A stretch of 64,000 bases of DNA, taken from Epiperipatus broadwayi (taxonomy: Eukaryota > Animalia > Onychophora). The position numbers and the translations under genes are program-made. Of this stretch, positions 23,701-37,360 are shown one piece after another. The stretch's first letter is position 1, and every line of letters starts with the position of its first letter. The stretch spans positions 2,790,001 to 2,854,000 of the forward strand of contig JAQFVV010000009.1 of the NCBI GenBank assembly GCA_028023455.1, read 5' to 3'. Under the pieces are notes generated by a model that ran no database searches, was not told the DNA's origin, and saw only the letters and a program-made list of their open reading frames with translations.

Positions 23701-26700
23701 ATTTTTTAATTTTATATGATGTTGTTATCACTTCTGCATTTTGTTCTTTGTCCATTGTCTCAAATTCTTTCCTATTCTCTGTTAACTTTCATTGTAATTA
23801 TTAGTATTATATGTTTTTTTTTTGTCTCAAACTCTTAAATCATTGTTAATTTTTATTGTTTGTTTTTTTACCAAATATGAATCAATTTTTTTACAGGGTT
23901 TTTCGTACCCCTACTGCCTTTTTTTGCATGCATTTGTTTGGACCTTTTTTCATGTTTATTCTTCTCTTCATTTGTTTTAAATTTATGTTTTCTTTTTTTC
24001 TGCTATTGACCAATATGGTTTTTCCCTTTAATAATTTGTTTATATATATATACCCAATGCCTCTCAGCAACTGAATGTATGCAAGGTTTTATATAATTAT
24101 AATGTTATCAAAATTGTTTTTTACTTGATTTCATATATTCTGAATCAAAATATATTTATGATTTTTATTTTTATGTTGATAAAAACTATTCTATTTTTTA
24201 AAATTATTTTATCCATATATAGTATTCAGATATATTTTATATTTATTGTATCTTCATATTATTCTATTTGTTCTTCCATTAAAATCTTGAAACATTACCA
24301 TTTTTCTAGACTTTTCAATTTACATAATAGTACAAAAATAGTAGTAGTAACTTTATTACAAGAAAAAAGTATAAGAAATAAAGATAAGCTATCACAAATG
24401 TTGTGAGATGAAAATGAAGTAAAAAAATTTTTTTAACTGTAAGATATAAATGTTATTATACACAATATGGCTGCAGAAAGGAGTTTGCTATTAACTGAAA
24501 GGAGACCCTTTGATTCCTCTTGGAGGCCTTAAAGGAACCGAGCAGGGCAAATTCCTAATGTCCACTCCATACGTTCTTGTCATTGCAGCTGTTATTACTA
24601 TGTGATTATTCATATAGTATACTAACATGGATGGGCTGCTCACCAACACGCATTAGCCAGCGTGGTGAGTTTATTGGCTTTTTACCTCCGAGTTTAAGAA
24701 TATTTTTTCCAATATATACAATCATGACAGACAAAAATAAATTATGGCCCTTATTCCCAGGAGGCAATAAAGTCACCAACCAAGGCAGCGGTTGGTGTTG
24801 TAACGATCCGGAGAAAGGGACTTACGTAAACTGCACTACGGGGCGCCATCTAGGCATTTGAACCTAGAAAAATTTATAAGTAGGCAGATACGTAAGTCAA
24901 AAAAAAAAAATTTTTTTTTTTTTTTTAAATATTTTGGTTCCGGTCGTTAGCCCATGTCACTAACTCAGTGGAATAGCAGAGATTAAATAATATAATATCT
25001 TATCTAATTATATTTCAATATTAAAAAAATAACTAAAATAAGCCACTGCCAGTAATTAGCATACAAACATTTATTTATGCACATATATATAAGATTTGAA
25101 ATTATTTTAGTATTAGTTTACACTTTTACATTTAACATTATTTTTAACTTTGATTTTTGACTTTAATTTACATTTCATTACTATTAGATTCTAATTTTAC
25201 ATTTTTATTAAGTTCGCACAGATAAATTTATGAAAGCTTGTTTATCACGTTGAATATAGACCGGTTACATAGATTTCACGGTCAAAAACATTTCAAAGTA
25301 AACATAAACGATCAAAATACAAAATTATTGATTACTGACAATTGCGGAGGGAAATTTATACGTAACCCATAGTATTCACCGTAAGATACTTGCATTGTCA
25401 CCAATAACTTAAAAGACATCCGAATAAATACATTTTAGATACTCACCGTAAGGTATCATTATTTATCGAATGTCTATATATTTTGATCAAATATGATAAC
25501 GCAAAACATAGTTAACCGATAAACAATCCATGCAAGCGCTATAAACAACTTAAATTTAATGCATTTTTATTTAGGGTCGAGCATGAATACTACATAGATT
25601 TGCATTGAAATTAAAATATTCTATCCCTATTTAACCTTAGGCTAAAATTCGCAGTCAAACTGGCATCAATCCATCTGATACATCGATGTATTCAATGTAA
25701 TAAAATACGGCAGCACAAAAGGTTAAGAGAAGAAATTGCCTCTTATGAGATAGGAATATTACATCTATCTGCAAAGAAGAGCAATAAAACAAAAAACTCC
25801 ATAGAAAGGAACTGCGGTATCCGACTTATAATTCCTTCCATAGGCAAACGGAAGTGTGTGGCATATGAAGCGATTCTGCTACGGGCAGAATCAATATTAC
25901 ACCTACTAATCACACCAATATATCCAATCCATTGACCCAATCTAACCACGAAACAAATAACCTAAGATTACCCTCCCCTAATATAACTTTACAAATCTAT
26001 ACAGCCATTCACGCCCGACTTAAGTTTAACATTTATATAATTAATTTAACGAAAAACAAAAAAAAAACATGATAAAAACTTAAAGAACAAAAATAAATAA
26101 ATGGAAATGATTTTACAAAATAAATAAGAAAAAAATACATCAAATAACATTATTAATGAAGAATTTAGTTTGGTCAGATAGATTCTATTGCATTATTTAC
26201 TAAAAAGTTTTAAAATTTAGAGTTCTTATTGTTTCAAGTGAATATTAAGTTCTTACGATTTTTAAAACGTCCAACTTTATCCGTTGCTTGCCATGAACGT
26301 AAATTCCCACGCCGTCCTAAAATTGGTATCCATTTAGCCGTTGTTTTATTTATTCATTCGGAGGTTTTTTAATTTAGTTGGTCCTCAATGTAGGAAACGA
26401 TAGTTCATTTCTCCTTTCTTTAACAGCTGAAAGAATTGATGCGCTGTCAATTCCTCCAACTCCGTACTACTACATATAGTCACATCGTAATAACAATTTC
26501 CAGTCACTGATTAATAATTTCCAAATTTTCCTTTTATATTAATGTGAAGGATTGAATTTACATTACGTCACCGATGCGATGGCCTTTCGCTGCGGTCCGA
26601 TTCCATAGGGATTTCTTCTATTTGATAACAGTTTTTATTGTTTTCTTATCTGACCGGTGTTTTTACATTTAAATGCCGAAGGCTGGTTTACATTTAACTA

Positions 26701-27027
26701 ATTAACAATCTTTCATTTCTGATTAATTAACCTGTTTTCCAAATCAAAATATATTTAAAGAAATTTAAAGATATATTTATCTCCAAATCTTTTAAATTTA
26801 GTTTTAAAATACTTTTTCTTTAATAAATTTTTATTTTAATAATTTTTCATTATCTGTGCGATTTAATATATAAGAGTTTAAGATGATATTTAATTTCCAT
26901 TTTTAATTCTTAAAGAAAATTTTTAAATGCGAACTTTTTAATTTACTTTCATGTTTAATAAATAAAAAAAACAACACACAACAATGTAACGAATGTCTAT
27001 GCTCGTTACAGTGTGGTGATTGATGAT

Positions 27028-29606
27028 GTATCAGACGGAGTGACAAGATTAGTTTTACAACTTAATAGCAGATACCAAATGCAGATAATTTAGGTTTATG
27101 CCCCAACAAGTTCTCATAGTGATGAAGTCATAGAAGATTTTTATATGGATGCACAAAAAGCTTCTGATCAGAGTAAACAACATTTTAAAATTGTTATGGG
27201 AGACTTTAATGCTAGAATTGGTAAACAAATGAAAGATGAAAATGCTGTAGGTAATTTTGGTTATAGTAATAGAAATGAGAGAGGACATAGACTTGTGGAG
27301 TTTGCAGAAAAAGAAAAACTTTATATTGTGAATTCTTTTTTTGAGAAAAATGTTAAAAGGAAATGGACATGGAAGCATCCAAATGAAGATACAGCAGAAT
27401 TGGATTATATTTTGACTAACAGAAAATACATATTTCAAAATTGTAATGTTCTTAATAAATTTAACACTGGAAGTGATCATCGATTAGTAAGATGTAAGAT
27501 ACATGTTAATGCAAAACTAGAGAGACAAAAATTATTAAGAAAAACAAAAACAATATTTACAATTGATATTCCTAATCTTCAGAAACATTCTAATGAATTT
27601 AAATTAGAACTTATAAATCGGTTTCAAGTATTAGTAGATTTTGAACATGATTCAGATTTGAATGACATTAATAGGAAAATAAGTGATACACTTTTAAAAA
27701 CTGCAACAAAGATAGCTGGTAGAAAAAAGCAGCAATTGACCAATAAAATTTCTACTGAGACTAGAGAATTTATGAAGAAAAGAAAGAATATGAGGATAGA
27801 CAACAATGATGCATTAAAAAAGATTGAATATCTCGAATTTTGTAAAATGGTGTGGAAAAGAGTTGAAAATGATATAAGAAAGTATAATTGTGAACTAGCA
27901 AGAAAAGCTGTAGAAGAGAGTAAAAGTCTAAAGAGTGTAAAACAACATTTTAGTATTGGTAGGAAATTTATATCTGGAATAAGAAAAAAAGATGGCATTG
28001 TTACTAAAAAGAGAGATGACATCATGAAATGTGTAGAAGACTTCTATCAAGAATTATATAGTAATAAAGAACAAGTGCCTCCTATACCTATTATATCTTT
28101 CGAATTGCCCAGAATTTTGAATGAGGAAGTGAGACACGCAATTAAATTTATGAAGAAAGGGAAGGCTCCAGGTAATGATGGAATTATAATTGATATATTA
28201 AAAGAAGCAGGTGAAGAAATAGAAATTTTTTTAGCAAAGTTATATACCAAATGTCTAAATGATAAAGATGTACCAGATGATTGGAAGAATGCAGTATTAA
28301 TATTTAAAAAAGGTGATAAAGAAGATATTAGAAATTACAGACCTATCAGTCTTTTATCAGTTTTATACAAAATTTTTACTAAGATAATTACAACTCGTCT
28401 ACAGAAAACACTGGATTTCCACCAACCAAGAGAACAAGCTGGATTTAAAAGTGGTTTTAGTACAGTAGATCATATCCAGGTATTGAGAGAAATTGTAGAA
28501 AGGACAAATGAATATGAGTTGCCATTATGTTTAGGATTTGTAGACTATGAAAAGGCATTTGATTCTATAAACATTTCTTCAGTGATTAAAGCATTGGATC
28601 ATCAAGGTGTAGATCCAGGATATTGTCATATTTTAAAGAATATTTATAAAAACGCAACAGCAACAATTAGATTACATAATGATAGTAGGAAAATCAACAT
28701 TGAAAAGGGTGTAAGACAGGGTGACTCCATATCTCCAAAACTTATTACAGCAGTGCTGCAAGAAGTATTTTGAGGATTAAAATGGGAAGCTAAAGGAGTG
28801 AAAGTAAATGGAGATTATTTAAGTCATTTAGATTTTGCAGATGATGTAGTTGTTTTTGCAAATAATGCTTTAGAGCTACAGGAAATGTTGCAGGAGTTAT
28901 CAGATGAAAGTAGGACTAAAGATAAATGTTAAAAAGACTAAAGTAATGTTTAATAGATTTTCTCAAAATATGAAAATAAAGATTGATTATGATGAGTTAG
29001 AAGAAATTAACAGTTACAAATATCTTGGTCAGATTATTATTAATACAGATGGAAATATAATGGATGAAATTAATCATAGAATTAAACTTGGTTGGAGTGC
29101 TTTTGGTAGAAATAACTTGATACTAAAAGGAAATATGCCTATGTGTTTGAAAAGGAAGGTTTTTAATAAGTGGGTTTTGCCAGTTCTTACCTATGGATCT
29201 GAGACTTGGACACTTAATAGAAGAGCAATACAAAGACTTCAGACCACTCAAAGAAGTATGGAGAGATGCATGTTGGGAGTAACAAGAAGGGATCGAAAAC
29301 GCAATGTATGGGTAAGAGAACAAACAGGTGTTACTGACCCCATTGAAAAAATTAAAAGACTGAAGTGGAGTTCTTGGGCTGGACATATTGTTAGAAGAGA
29401 TGATAATAGATGGACAATTGAAATTTTAAACTGGATTCCAAGAGATTGTAAAAGAACCAGAAAGAGACCGCATGTGAGATGGATGGATGAAATAAGAAAG
29501 TGTGCGGGGGTGATGTGGAGAAGAGAAGCTAAAGATAGGAAAAGATGGATTGAACTTGGAGAGACCTTCATCCTGCAGTGGATTGATAATGGTTGATGAT
29601 GATGAT
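27028..29606 (+). mobile_element. RTE-clade LINE, 5'-truncated, lightly disabled (AP endonuclease + RT)
   Basis: VYAPTS, GDFNARIG, SDHRLV, YRPISLLS, DYEKAFD, GVRQGDSISP, FADD (28834-28845), ETFILQW and a (GAT)n tail. Stops at 27091-27093 and 28771-28773; frameshift near 28910. Confidence 0.96.
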
Positions 29607-32600
29607 ACACAATATATAATATTCAGAACATATATAAAAAATATATCCAATAGTTATTTAATATTTAAAATTCTAGCATTTTACATTGCTTTAAATATGT
29701 AAGGTCTATAATGGCAAGTTATCTACTTTTGAATTATTATTAGATGTGATACTCATTTTATTACAAGTTTTTATATATTTTTTATTCTATTTTATGCTCC
29801 AATAGCGTTTTTTAAATGCCATCCTCTAACTTTTTCTACAGTCAATGATATTTTAGTTTTAACTTAATTTTGGAAAATGAATAGAACTATCCATTTTTTG
29901 TTTTTATGTGCTATTAATTTTTTTTACTTTTATAGTTTTGTCTTTTTAAATTTAATTATGATACAATATGAAAATGTTTCCTTAACAGCTAATAATATTT
30001 TAATCAATATTGTATTAGCTTTATCAAATTCTATTCTATTTTCACTTGCTGCATTCAAAGTTAGATGATTTTTTGATATTTTATTGCCATATCACAAATT
30101 GCAATCATTTGGCATCAGTTTAGTTTTTTTTTTGAGCTTAACTCATTCCAATTAACTTTTCATGCTGCAATTGCAGTTGTGATTTATTTTTATTCTTTTT
30201 TTTTTAAGCTGAAAATTCCGTGGAGTTTACATATATTAGTTATATTTACAAAAAAAAAAATTGTCATTTAAAATATCTTATTTCCCAATTTGATTTTTTT
30301 TATTATTTTTTTATTCCAACTTCTATGATTTATACTTTTTATTCCATTGTTTTAAATACTATCTTGTTTTTGATTTCTGTGATGTGTGATTAACCTAGAA
30401 ATCTAATATTAATTCAGTTTGTTTCAAACAATTCCGCTGCCCTTGTAAGTTTCTGAAGAGATATCATTGTTTTATCAATTCTTTTAGAATTATTTTTGAA
30501 TGATAGACAAATTTTCTAGAGTATATATATATATGGCCATGCCTTCTTTGGAATATTAATAATTTTAAAAACTAGTAGCAATATAGGCATTGTTATTTAT
30601 TTTTCATAAATCACATCCATTTTTTTTTTTAATATTGCAGATGAATTAATGCAATTTAAAATATGTATGAACATTTTTTCTCATCTATTTTTATGCTTTT
30701 GAATCTTTTTTATTTTTTTAATTAAACCAATTAACTCTTGAGATTTTTCTATTTAAATAATTCTTAATTTAGAATTTTCAAAAATTCTGGTCTTGCTATT
30801 CAATATTTACCAACATTATTATTTTATTTTTATTATTTATCAAACTTTCTATAATTTTTTACTTTTCAAATTTTTATTCCTTCCCCTTTTTTTTACTTTT
30901 TACTTGCAAGCACACACTTAAATGGTGCAATCATCTGCATCATGGCACCCAAAATCTGCTGAAATAAATTTTTATGCAATTTTTACTTATTTAATAAGTT
31001 TAGTTTAACAACAATATAAATCAACATACTTATTATGATTAGTCTTTTTTTAAGAAATATTAGTTAATAATATTTTAAGTTCACTTTAATTTTTACAATA
31101 TCTTTTTTTTTTTTGTACATTTTCATTAATTTTTACATATCACCAATCTTGTTGGTACATTTCATGGATTCAAGATTTTTTCAAATTATAGATTTAATAA
31201 ATTGGTAATTTCTGATCGAGATATTGATTGTTTTTTATTAAAAGTACAGTGCATATACTGAAATGGTAATCCTTTGATCCCTTACTGTTTCACCAGTTTT
31301 GATTACCAATCCTATCTGCTAGGTTCAAACCCTGTCAATACCCATTATATTAAATATTACAGTGGATAAATTTTGTTTGCTATTAGAAAATGTTTATATT
31401 ATAGATTTAATATTATAATTTCAATTTATTAATTCACTTTGTTATAAATTCGTATGTAGATGTATAATCCAGCCTACATATATAGGATGGCATGATTCAG
31501 TTGTTAAAAAGTTTTTAGTTTTTATTAATTAAAGTAAAATAGTTGTAATCAAAAATGGGCATTAAACTACCACACCTGTGGTAAAATAAAGAAAAATCAG
31601 TTTAGATTTTAGTATTGCTGTACTCTAAATTGTTTACAACAAAATGGTTATATAGTAAAATCACTGGACCGGCACTATTGAGATTCCTCAGGGGAATTTT
31701 TATCACCTTGAAAATTTAAACAAAAGTTTTAAAATCAAATTATAAAAATCTGGAATTTTAATGTAAATTTCTTAAGCTGATGGATTTTCAGGTGAAATAA
31801 ATTCACAAGTAAGTGCTTTGAACTAAGACATATAAATAGGCCATATTTTGAGCTTATAAATACACATCAATTTTGTGAGAGAGTTTGCTAACATCCATGC
31901 CATTCTGAATTTCAACATGTCTGGCTAAGGAAGGGAAAGGTTTGTTGTTTCTCCATGGAGAATGGCAGGGTTTACTGCCATCTGATGCACTTAACTAAGC
32001 ACTGCAAGATGAAACTCTCCAGCCACAGCCTACTTCCAGAAGAAAATAACAAGAACCTGCTCAAGGAAAACTATCACCATACCTGAAGTCCAAGTACCTA
32101 CATCTCTAGCTGAAATGAATAACCGGTAATACAAAATCCAGAACCGCAAAGCTCTATAGGCAATTGCTATTTAATCTCAAACTCTAAAGCTAGCTAATAA
32201 TGTAAATTAACCTCTGAACATTCAAATTAATGTTATTATAAACCCTGTCTAAGTTAGTTAATCTTTTAAAGTATGTGACTTGCCTACCCATTTTATAACT
32301 TTTTTATTTAAAACAAATTAATATCTTCCATAACTTTGCTTATCTATCACTGCGGTTATGCCTATACTTTCTTTATGATTGTTTTAAAATGTATTTTGAT
32401 ATTGATTATATGCCAATGCTTTGAAACAGTGAGCCTTTAAATTTATTAAAATTTTAGAGAAGATATAATTAAGATTATCTTCATATAGTTATTTCTTATT
32501 GTCGCCATTTATGCGCGCTGTTTCGAAATCTTATGTTCAGAGTAATAATGAATCACTTTTTGGTCGTTATTATTATTAAATATTTGTATAATATAAATGC

Positions 32601-32959
32601 ATAACATGGTTTGCTCATAAATTTGAGTTATGATTTTAATTAATGTTAATAAGTACTGGACTAGCATTAGGATGATAAGAAAGTATATTTATTTGTTAAG
32701 CTTTTAATAAACCTTTTCAAATATACTTTTCCCTCCTTAATTGATTATTGCAATGTAGATTGAAACATGTTAACAAGATTGAAATATAATTATTCTTTTA
32801 AGTAGCTTAGATATATAATGCTAATTAAGAATTGGATCCTATTAGCTCAACCTATAAAGATAGCATTTAAGCGCACATAATTTTAAATGTTATATCTCCA
32901 TTGCTTGGCGGATTAGATATTATTAAATACAAATCAATATTTAACATTTTGCTGCATCC

Positions 32960-33170
32960 TTCAAGAATGGGACCTCGGTAAGGCTATCCCATTTTATCTT
33001 ATTTCGGAAATGTGCATCAGTGAGTACGGAGGTTAATACCAGGCAAGTGAGTAAGCCATCCACCGCCTTTGAACTATCAATGTTCACCTCGTAAGCAGCA
33101 GAACACTTGGTCCCAGGGTACCGGCGTTGGTCGCAAAAATCCTTGAACAGACTAATTTGTCTGCAGCATG
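32960..33170 (-). mobile_element. Possible CR1/L2-group RT remnant
   Basis: Minus frame contains VNIDSSKAVD (cf. LDFSKAFD) and KWDSLTEVP (cf. TSGVPQG). Confidence 0.33.
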
Positions 33171-34468
33171 ACTTTATTATTAATATTTGCCAGTGCTATA
33201 GCTCTTATTGGCGATCTAGAGCAGCCAGTTCCTTTTATACTAATATTCAGCATTAGTCTGAAACCATCTGTTGATTCCTAAATTCAATCTACCTTAGTGA
33301 GCTGGTTTATGTGCTCATACTTTACTTAGAAGTATATCTATTATAATGTTATAATGAATAGTCTACTGAGGGCTAGTATAGTTATTTTTGAAAGAGCAAC
33401 CATAACCTTAAGATAGGAGTTGCCATTTCTTTATAGACACAACTTAAGTGATCATTTATGTACGCACTCACGTTAATTAATATATAAGATGAGAGTAATA
33501 TGATTTTCTTATCCACAGTAATGCCTGCGTGCGTTTACCACGCCTTAAATTATGTTCTTTGTTGTTATTTATTATATTATCAAAAAATAAATATATATTT
33601 AAAGTACTTTGGTTTCTTATGATTTCTCATTGCCTAATTTCAATCCAATTCAATCCTAGTTATTTATATAATATAAATGAGCGATCTATGCATTGATGAC
33701 AAATCATGAACATTACCTTCAACACCTTGCCACTAGTTCATTATAATTTAGTTAATTTATGTGTAGTTAATCCCCTGAGTCCCATATTTCTTCCCGCCCT
33801 ATGCCAGCCATGAAGAAATAGAAACAGTATAATCTCAGGTATGTCATTCGTAAGGTGATGAGTCCCGGAGTACTGGTAAAGAAGTTAAAGCCTGTTCAGA
33901 ATTGGGGCTTTACCAACCCTATCTGGTCAGCTTGGGTCTCTCTGCTTGGATTCTGTTATGTGAATGTCTAAAACTTGACCGTTACAATACTTATGTTTAT
34001 GTTTTGGATGTGGGACTTCTTGTCATTAGCTTTGTGATGTTGATAATGTTCTACTGAATGATGTCAAAGTGTGATCAACTAAGTAATTCTTAAATCAATT
34101 TTATGATAGGCAAAAACAAATTTTGGCCCACAATTTCTAGAGCAGCATTTCCCATTTTTCATACAATGGAACACTTCATAAACTCTGAAATTTTAACTGA
34201 ACATTTTGGTTACTTTGTAGGATATATAGATATTAATAATAAACAAATTAAGCATATATCAGTTAAGAAAATAAAACTAACATTTACTCTCAAATTTTAA
34301 ATTTACTGATGAATTGCTTCTTTTTGTATCAGTTATCTTTGTTACAATTCTTAGTAGAATATCACTTATCTTCTTATTAATCTCAGTTAAGTTTGAACTA
34401 TTTTCAAAGTCTGTCAATATTTAAAAATGATTAGCAATGCTTGTTATAGCCATTTTTTTTTTCTTTAG

Positions 34469-34687
34469 ATACTGAATCATTATACACCATAGCCACTCAG
34501 AATATAGTTTCAAGATATGGGAAAACTTTTTCATGGGACCTGAAAGCCAAGCAGATGGGGAAGAGACAAAATGAAGCAGTTAGTATTTTACTGGAAGAGC
34601 TTCAACTCCCTATAACAGTCGAAGACTATATTGAAGAAAGCTCTAAAGAATTTGAAAAGCTATTCCCATCCACTCAATTAATGCCAG
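34469..34687 (+). CDS. PUDP: PUDP-like coding exon 2
   Basis: ttctttAG acceptor; (D)TESLYTIATQNIVSRYGKTFSWDLKAKQMGK...EFEKLFPSTQLMP(G); GTAAAA donor; 219 nt, phase 1-1. Confidence 0.95.
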
Positions 34688-34779
34688 GTAAAATATTTCA
34701 TTTCATTATCTTAATAAAAAGAAATTATTAAACTCAGGTGCTTACTATACATGTATATAATTTTAATGCGCAAATATGC

Positions 34780-35390
34780 GCACAACAACCGAGCTTCATC
34801 AGGATTAAATAACAATATATTATAAAGTCAAAATAATTATAATATCTAAAGAATAATGCCCGAGCGCTTTCAAGAGAACTTAGCTCTCATAATCATGGGC
34901 AACAAAGAATAAGCATAGCGTGTTGGTATATGCTAAAATATGCTGATATATGTAAATTAGTTGAAAATAAATGCGTCAGCTCTAAATGATCCATTTCTTA
35001 GAGATTTTGTAACACGCATCTTTCCTATTCATAGCCTTATCATCAATAGCAATAAAACATGCTTCTTTAACTTTTCTCTTAATGTCATTTCTCTCCCTGC
35101 AAACTATTCTTGCATTTTTAGGTTCACATGCATGACCAGCTGATTTCTGATGTATTGCAAATATTGAGTTGCAATTTGGGTCTACTTGGGCCTTATTGTA
35201 AGAATATCTGTGCTGGGATAGTCTTGTAGAAAGAGTTGCTTTCATTTCCCCATAGTATGATGCCATGCAGTTATTTTCTGGACATGAAATATTATATACG
35301 GCCTGAGAGGTGTTGTTGGGTGTTATAAAAGTAATATCTTGTTGTAGGAACAATTCATTATAAAGTAATTCATTTTTAATATTAAGGATG
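34780..35390 (-). mobile_element. Penelope-like element 3' fragment (GIY-YIG endonuclease + pseudo-LTR)
   Basis: ORF 34982-35353 VYNISC..YYGE...RLSQH...KRKVKEA...MNR; decayed hammerhead at 34857-34901; second CUGAUGA core near 34796-34802. Confidence 0.85.
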
Positions 35391-36439
35391 CAGCTAACTG
35401 AAACTATCCTTATATCATTTTCAAAATTTAGTATTCCAATATAGAAAACATCTTTCTATTCTTGAAATGTGAGAGATCATTAACTCACTTTTTTAGCATC
35501 AATAAACTAATATAAAATAAGAAAGTATAAAGTTTATTTGCTTCTTTCTTTTTTTAAAGAAATTAGTAAAAAGTAGTGAATTTATTCTTAACATCAGTAT
35601 TTTTGTAAGAACTAATTGTTTTAGTAATAATTTACTGAGATTATTAATTGAAAGTTTTTAAAAACAGAAAAAAATATGTACATAATATCATGTAACTAAT
35701 GAAACAGTGAAATTGAGCAATTTATTGTTAAAGATGGATCAGAATACAGAATAATGGAAAGGTAAGAATTTTTTTACTTAGAACTATGATTAAAATCAAA
35801 GGATAGCATTTAAAAAAGGAATTGTGTTATATTGATAAGAATTAAATTGACATCAGTTAATGTAAGAATTCTGGTTTGCATGTCAATATATATAATTATG
35901 GGGGTGGTGGTTTACAATTCTTGTATATAGAAATTGAAAAAGGATGCAAAGGTATTTATATAATGAGGTTGGAATGCTTTGGAAGAACCTTAAGAGAAGT
36001 TCATAACAATATAATTTATTTGTAAGAAATGTATACAGTATTTTCACCAGAAATTTATAAATAGTGAAACCGGACCCTTGTTCAACCTTTTTATTACCTC
36101 GGTTGTAAAAATTTCCTGATGAGCATATTGTAGGAAGGAACCATCGATTGGCTTTCCCCAATACAGACGTCACCCCCCTCTACAACAATAGTTCCTGCTC
36201 ATCAGAGGATGTAGCACCATAGAGGCTGGAAACACCTAGAAATTTCTGTGTTTGGATTCCCAAATGGCGCCACTAGAGTTCCATCTCATACAACCTGACT
36301 TACCTAGGTCTAGTTATGCCAGACGTAGCTCAGGAGGCATGAAATTCTCGTGAACAAGTGCAATGAATGATAAGTGATGCAACATGAACAACTGGATAAC
36401 TAAAATTAATTTTAAGTAACAACAATTTTATTTAACAAC

Positions 36440-36670
36440 AATTCATTTGCAAGTCCTTCTAATAAAGTTCATTCATATCCATGTAAAGATTCATTTTCAG
36501 TTCAATTATGAGAAGTTTAGAAGCACTTTATTTATCAATAATTCATTTGCAAGTCCTTCCAATAAAGTTCATTCATATCCATGTGAAGATTCATTTTCAG
36601 TTCAATTATGAGAAGTTTAGAAGCACTTTATTTCTCAATAATTCATTTACAAGTCCTTCCAATAAAGTTC
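36440..36670. repeat. 100-bp tandem repeat, ~2.3 copies
   Basis: attcattt(g/a)caagtcctt starts at 36441, 36541 and 36641. Confidence 0.92.
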
Positions 36671-37280
36671 ATCCTTCATTTCAAATGAAGATTTGGGTGA
36701 AAAATTCAAAGGGTCTTTTATCAAGTAGACGTCTACCATTACTGCATGAATATTTTTAACTATTTGTTCCATATCTGTATATCTCTTTTAGGTAAGTAAA
36801 TAGGTAATGTAAGCAATTCCGGGTTTGTGGACTATTCATAATTCAGTCAAGTATAAATGTGCATTTATGCGCACAAGTTTAATTATTTTATTCATTTACG
36901 GTCCATTGTGTCTCTTAGTATACATCCAATAATAGTACAATATGAATTAAAGAATGCAAGTTCTTTAACAATTTACATCTTTAGTTATTTAGTTAATTCA
37001 CAGAGAGGAGTGCAATATATGAAGACAACAGAGATTATAATGAAGATAACTGATAGCGTTCTATTTAATTCAGAGTTTCACTTAATTCTGATCTGTAGTC
37101 TTTTAGGTAATTGTCACATATAATGTGGCTTAAATTAACTCATGTATGAAGATATTCTTTACAGACAAGAGCATTTCTATTATTCCAGTTAATTTTAGGT
37201 GAGAAAAAGAATAATAAGTACATTTCTATTCATTGTTATCCAAATCCAGGTTTGAATCCATAATATAAGCACATTTATAT

Positions 37281-37360
37281 CCATTGGTTATTCAAGTAAA
37301 ATATAAATGTATGTATTTCCATTGATTATTCAGGTAAAATATAAGTGTATGTATTTCCAT
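37281..37360. repeat. 38-bp tandem duplication
   Basis: ccattg(g/a)ttattca(a/g)gtaaaatataa.tgtatgtatttcc occurs twice. Confidence 0.85.

Noticed and set aside
28771-28773. TGA within the RTE RT as programmed readthrough or selenocysteine
   Set aside because: The element has another stop and a frameshift; an ordinary nonsense mutation of an Arg codon explains it.
27055-29650. Minus-strand ORFs of 67-141 aa (27055-27480, 27624-28025, 28047-28250, 29123-29386, 29248-29610, 29426-29650)
   Set aside because: Antisense shadows of the RTE reading frame; no protein motifs.
31695-31805. Short imperfect inverted repeat (atcaccttgaaaat / attttcaggtgaaat)
   Set aside because: Too short and degenerate, with no TSD, to call as a MITE.
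33030-33060. U1 snRNA-like actcacttgcctgg on the minus strand
   Set aside because: Only a short partial match; the rest of U1 is absent.
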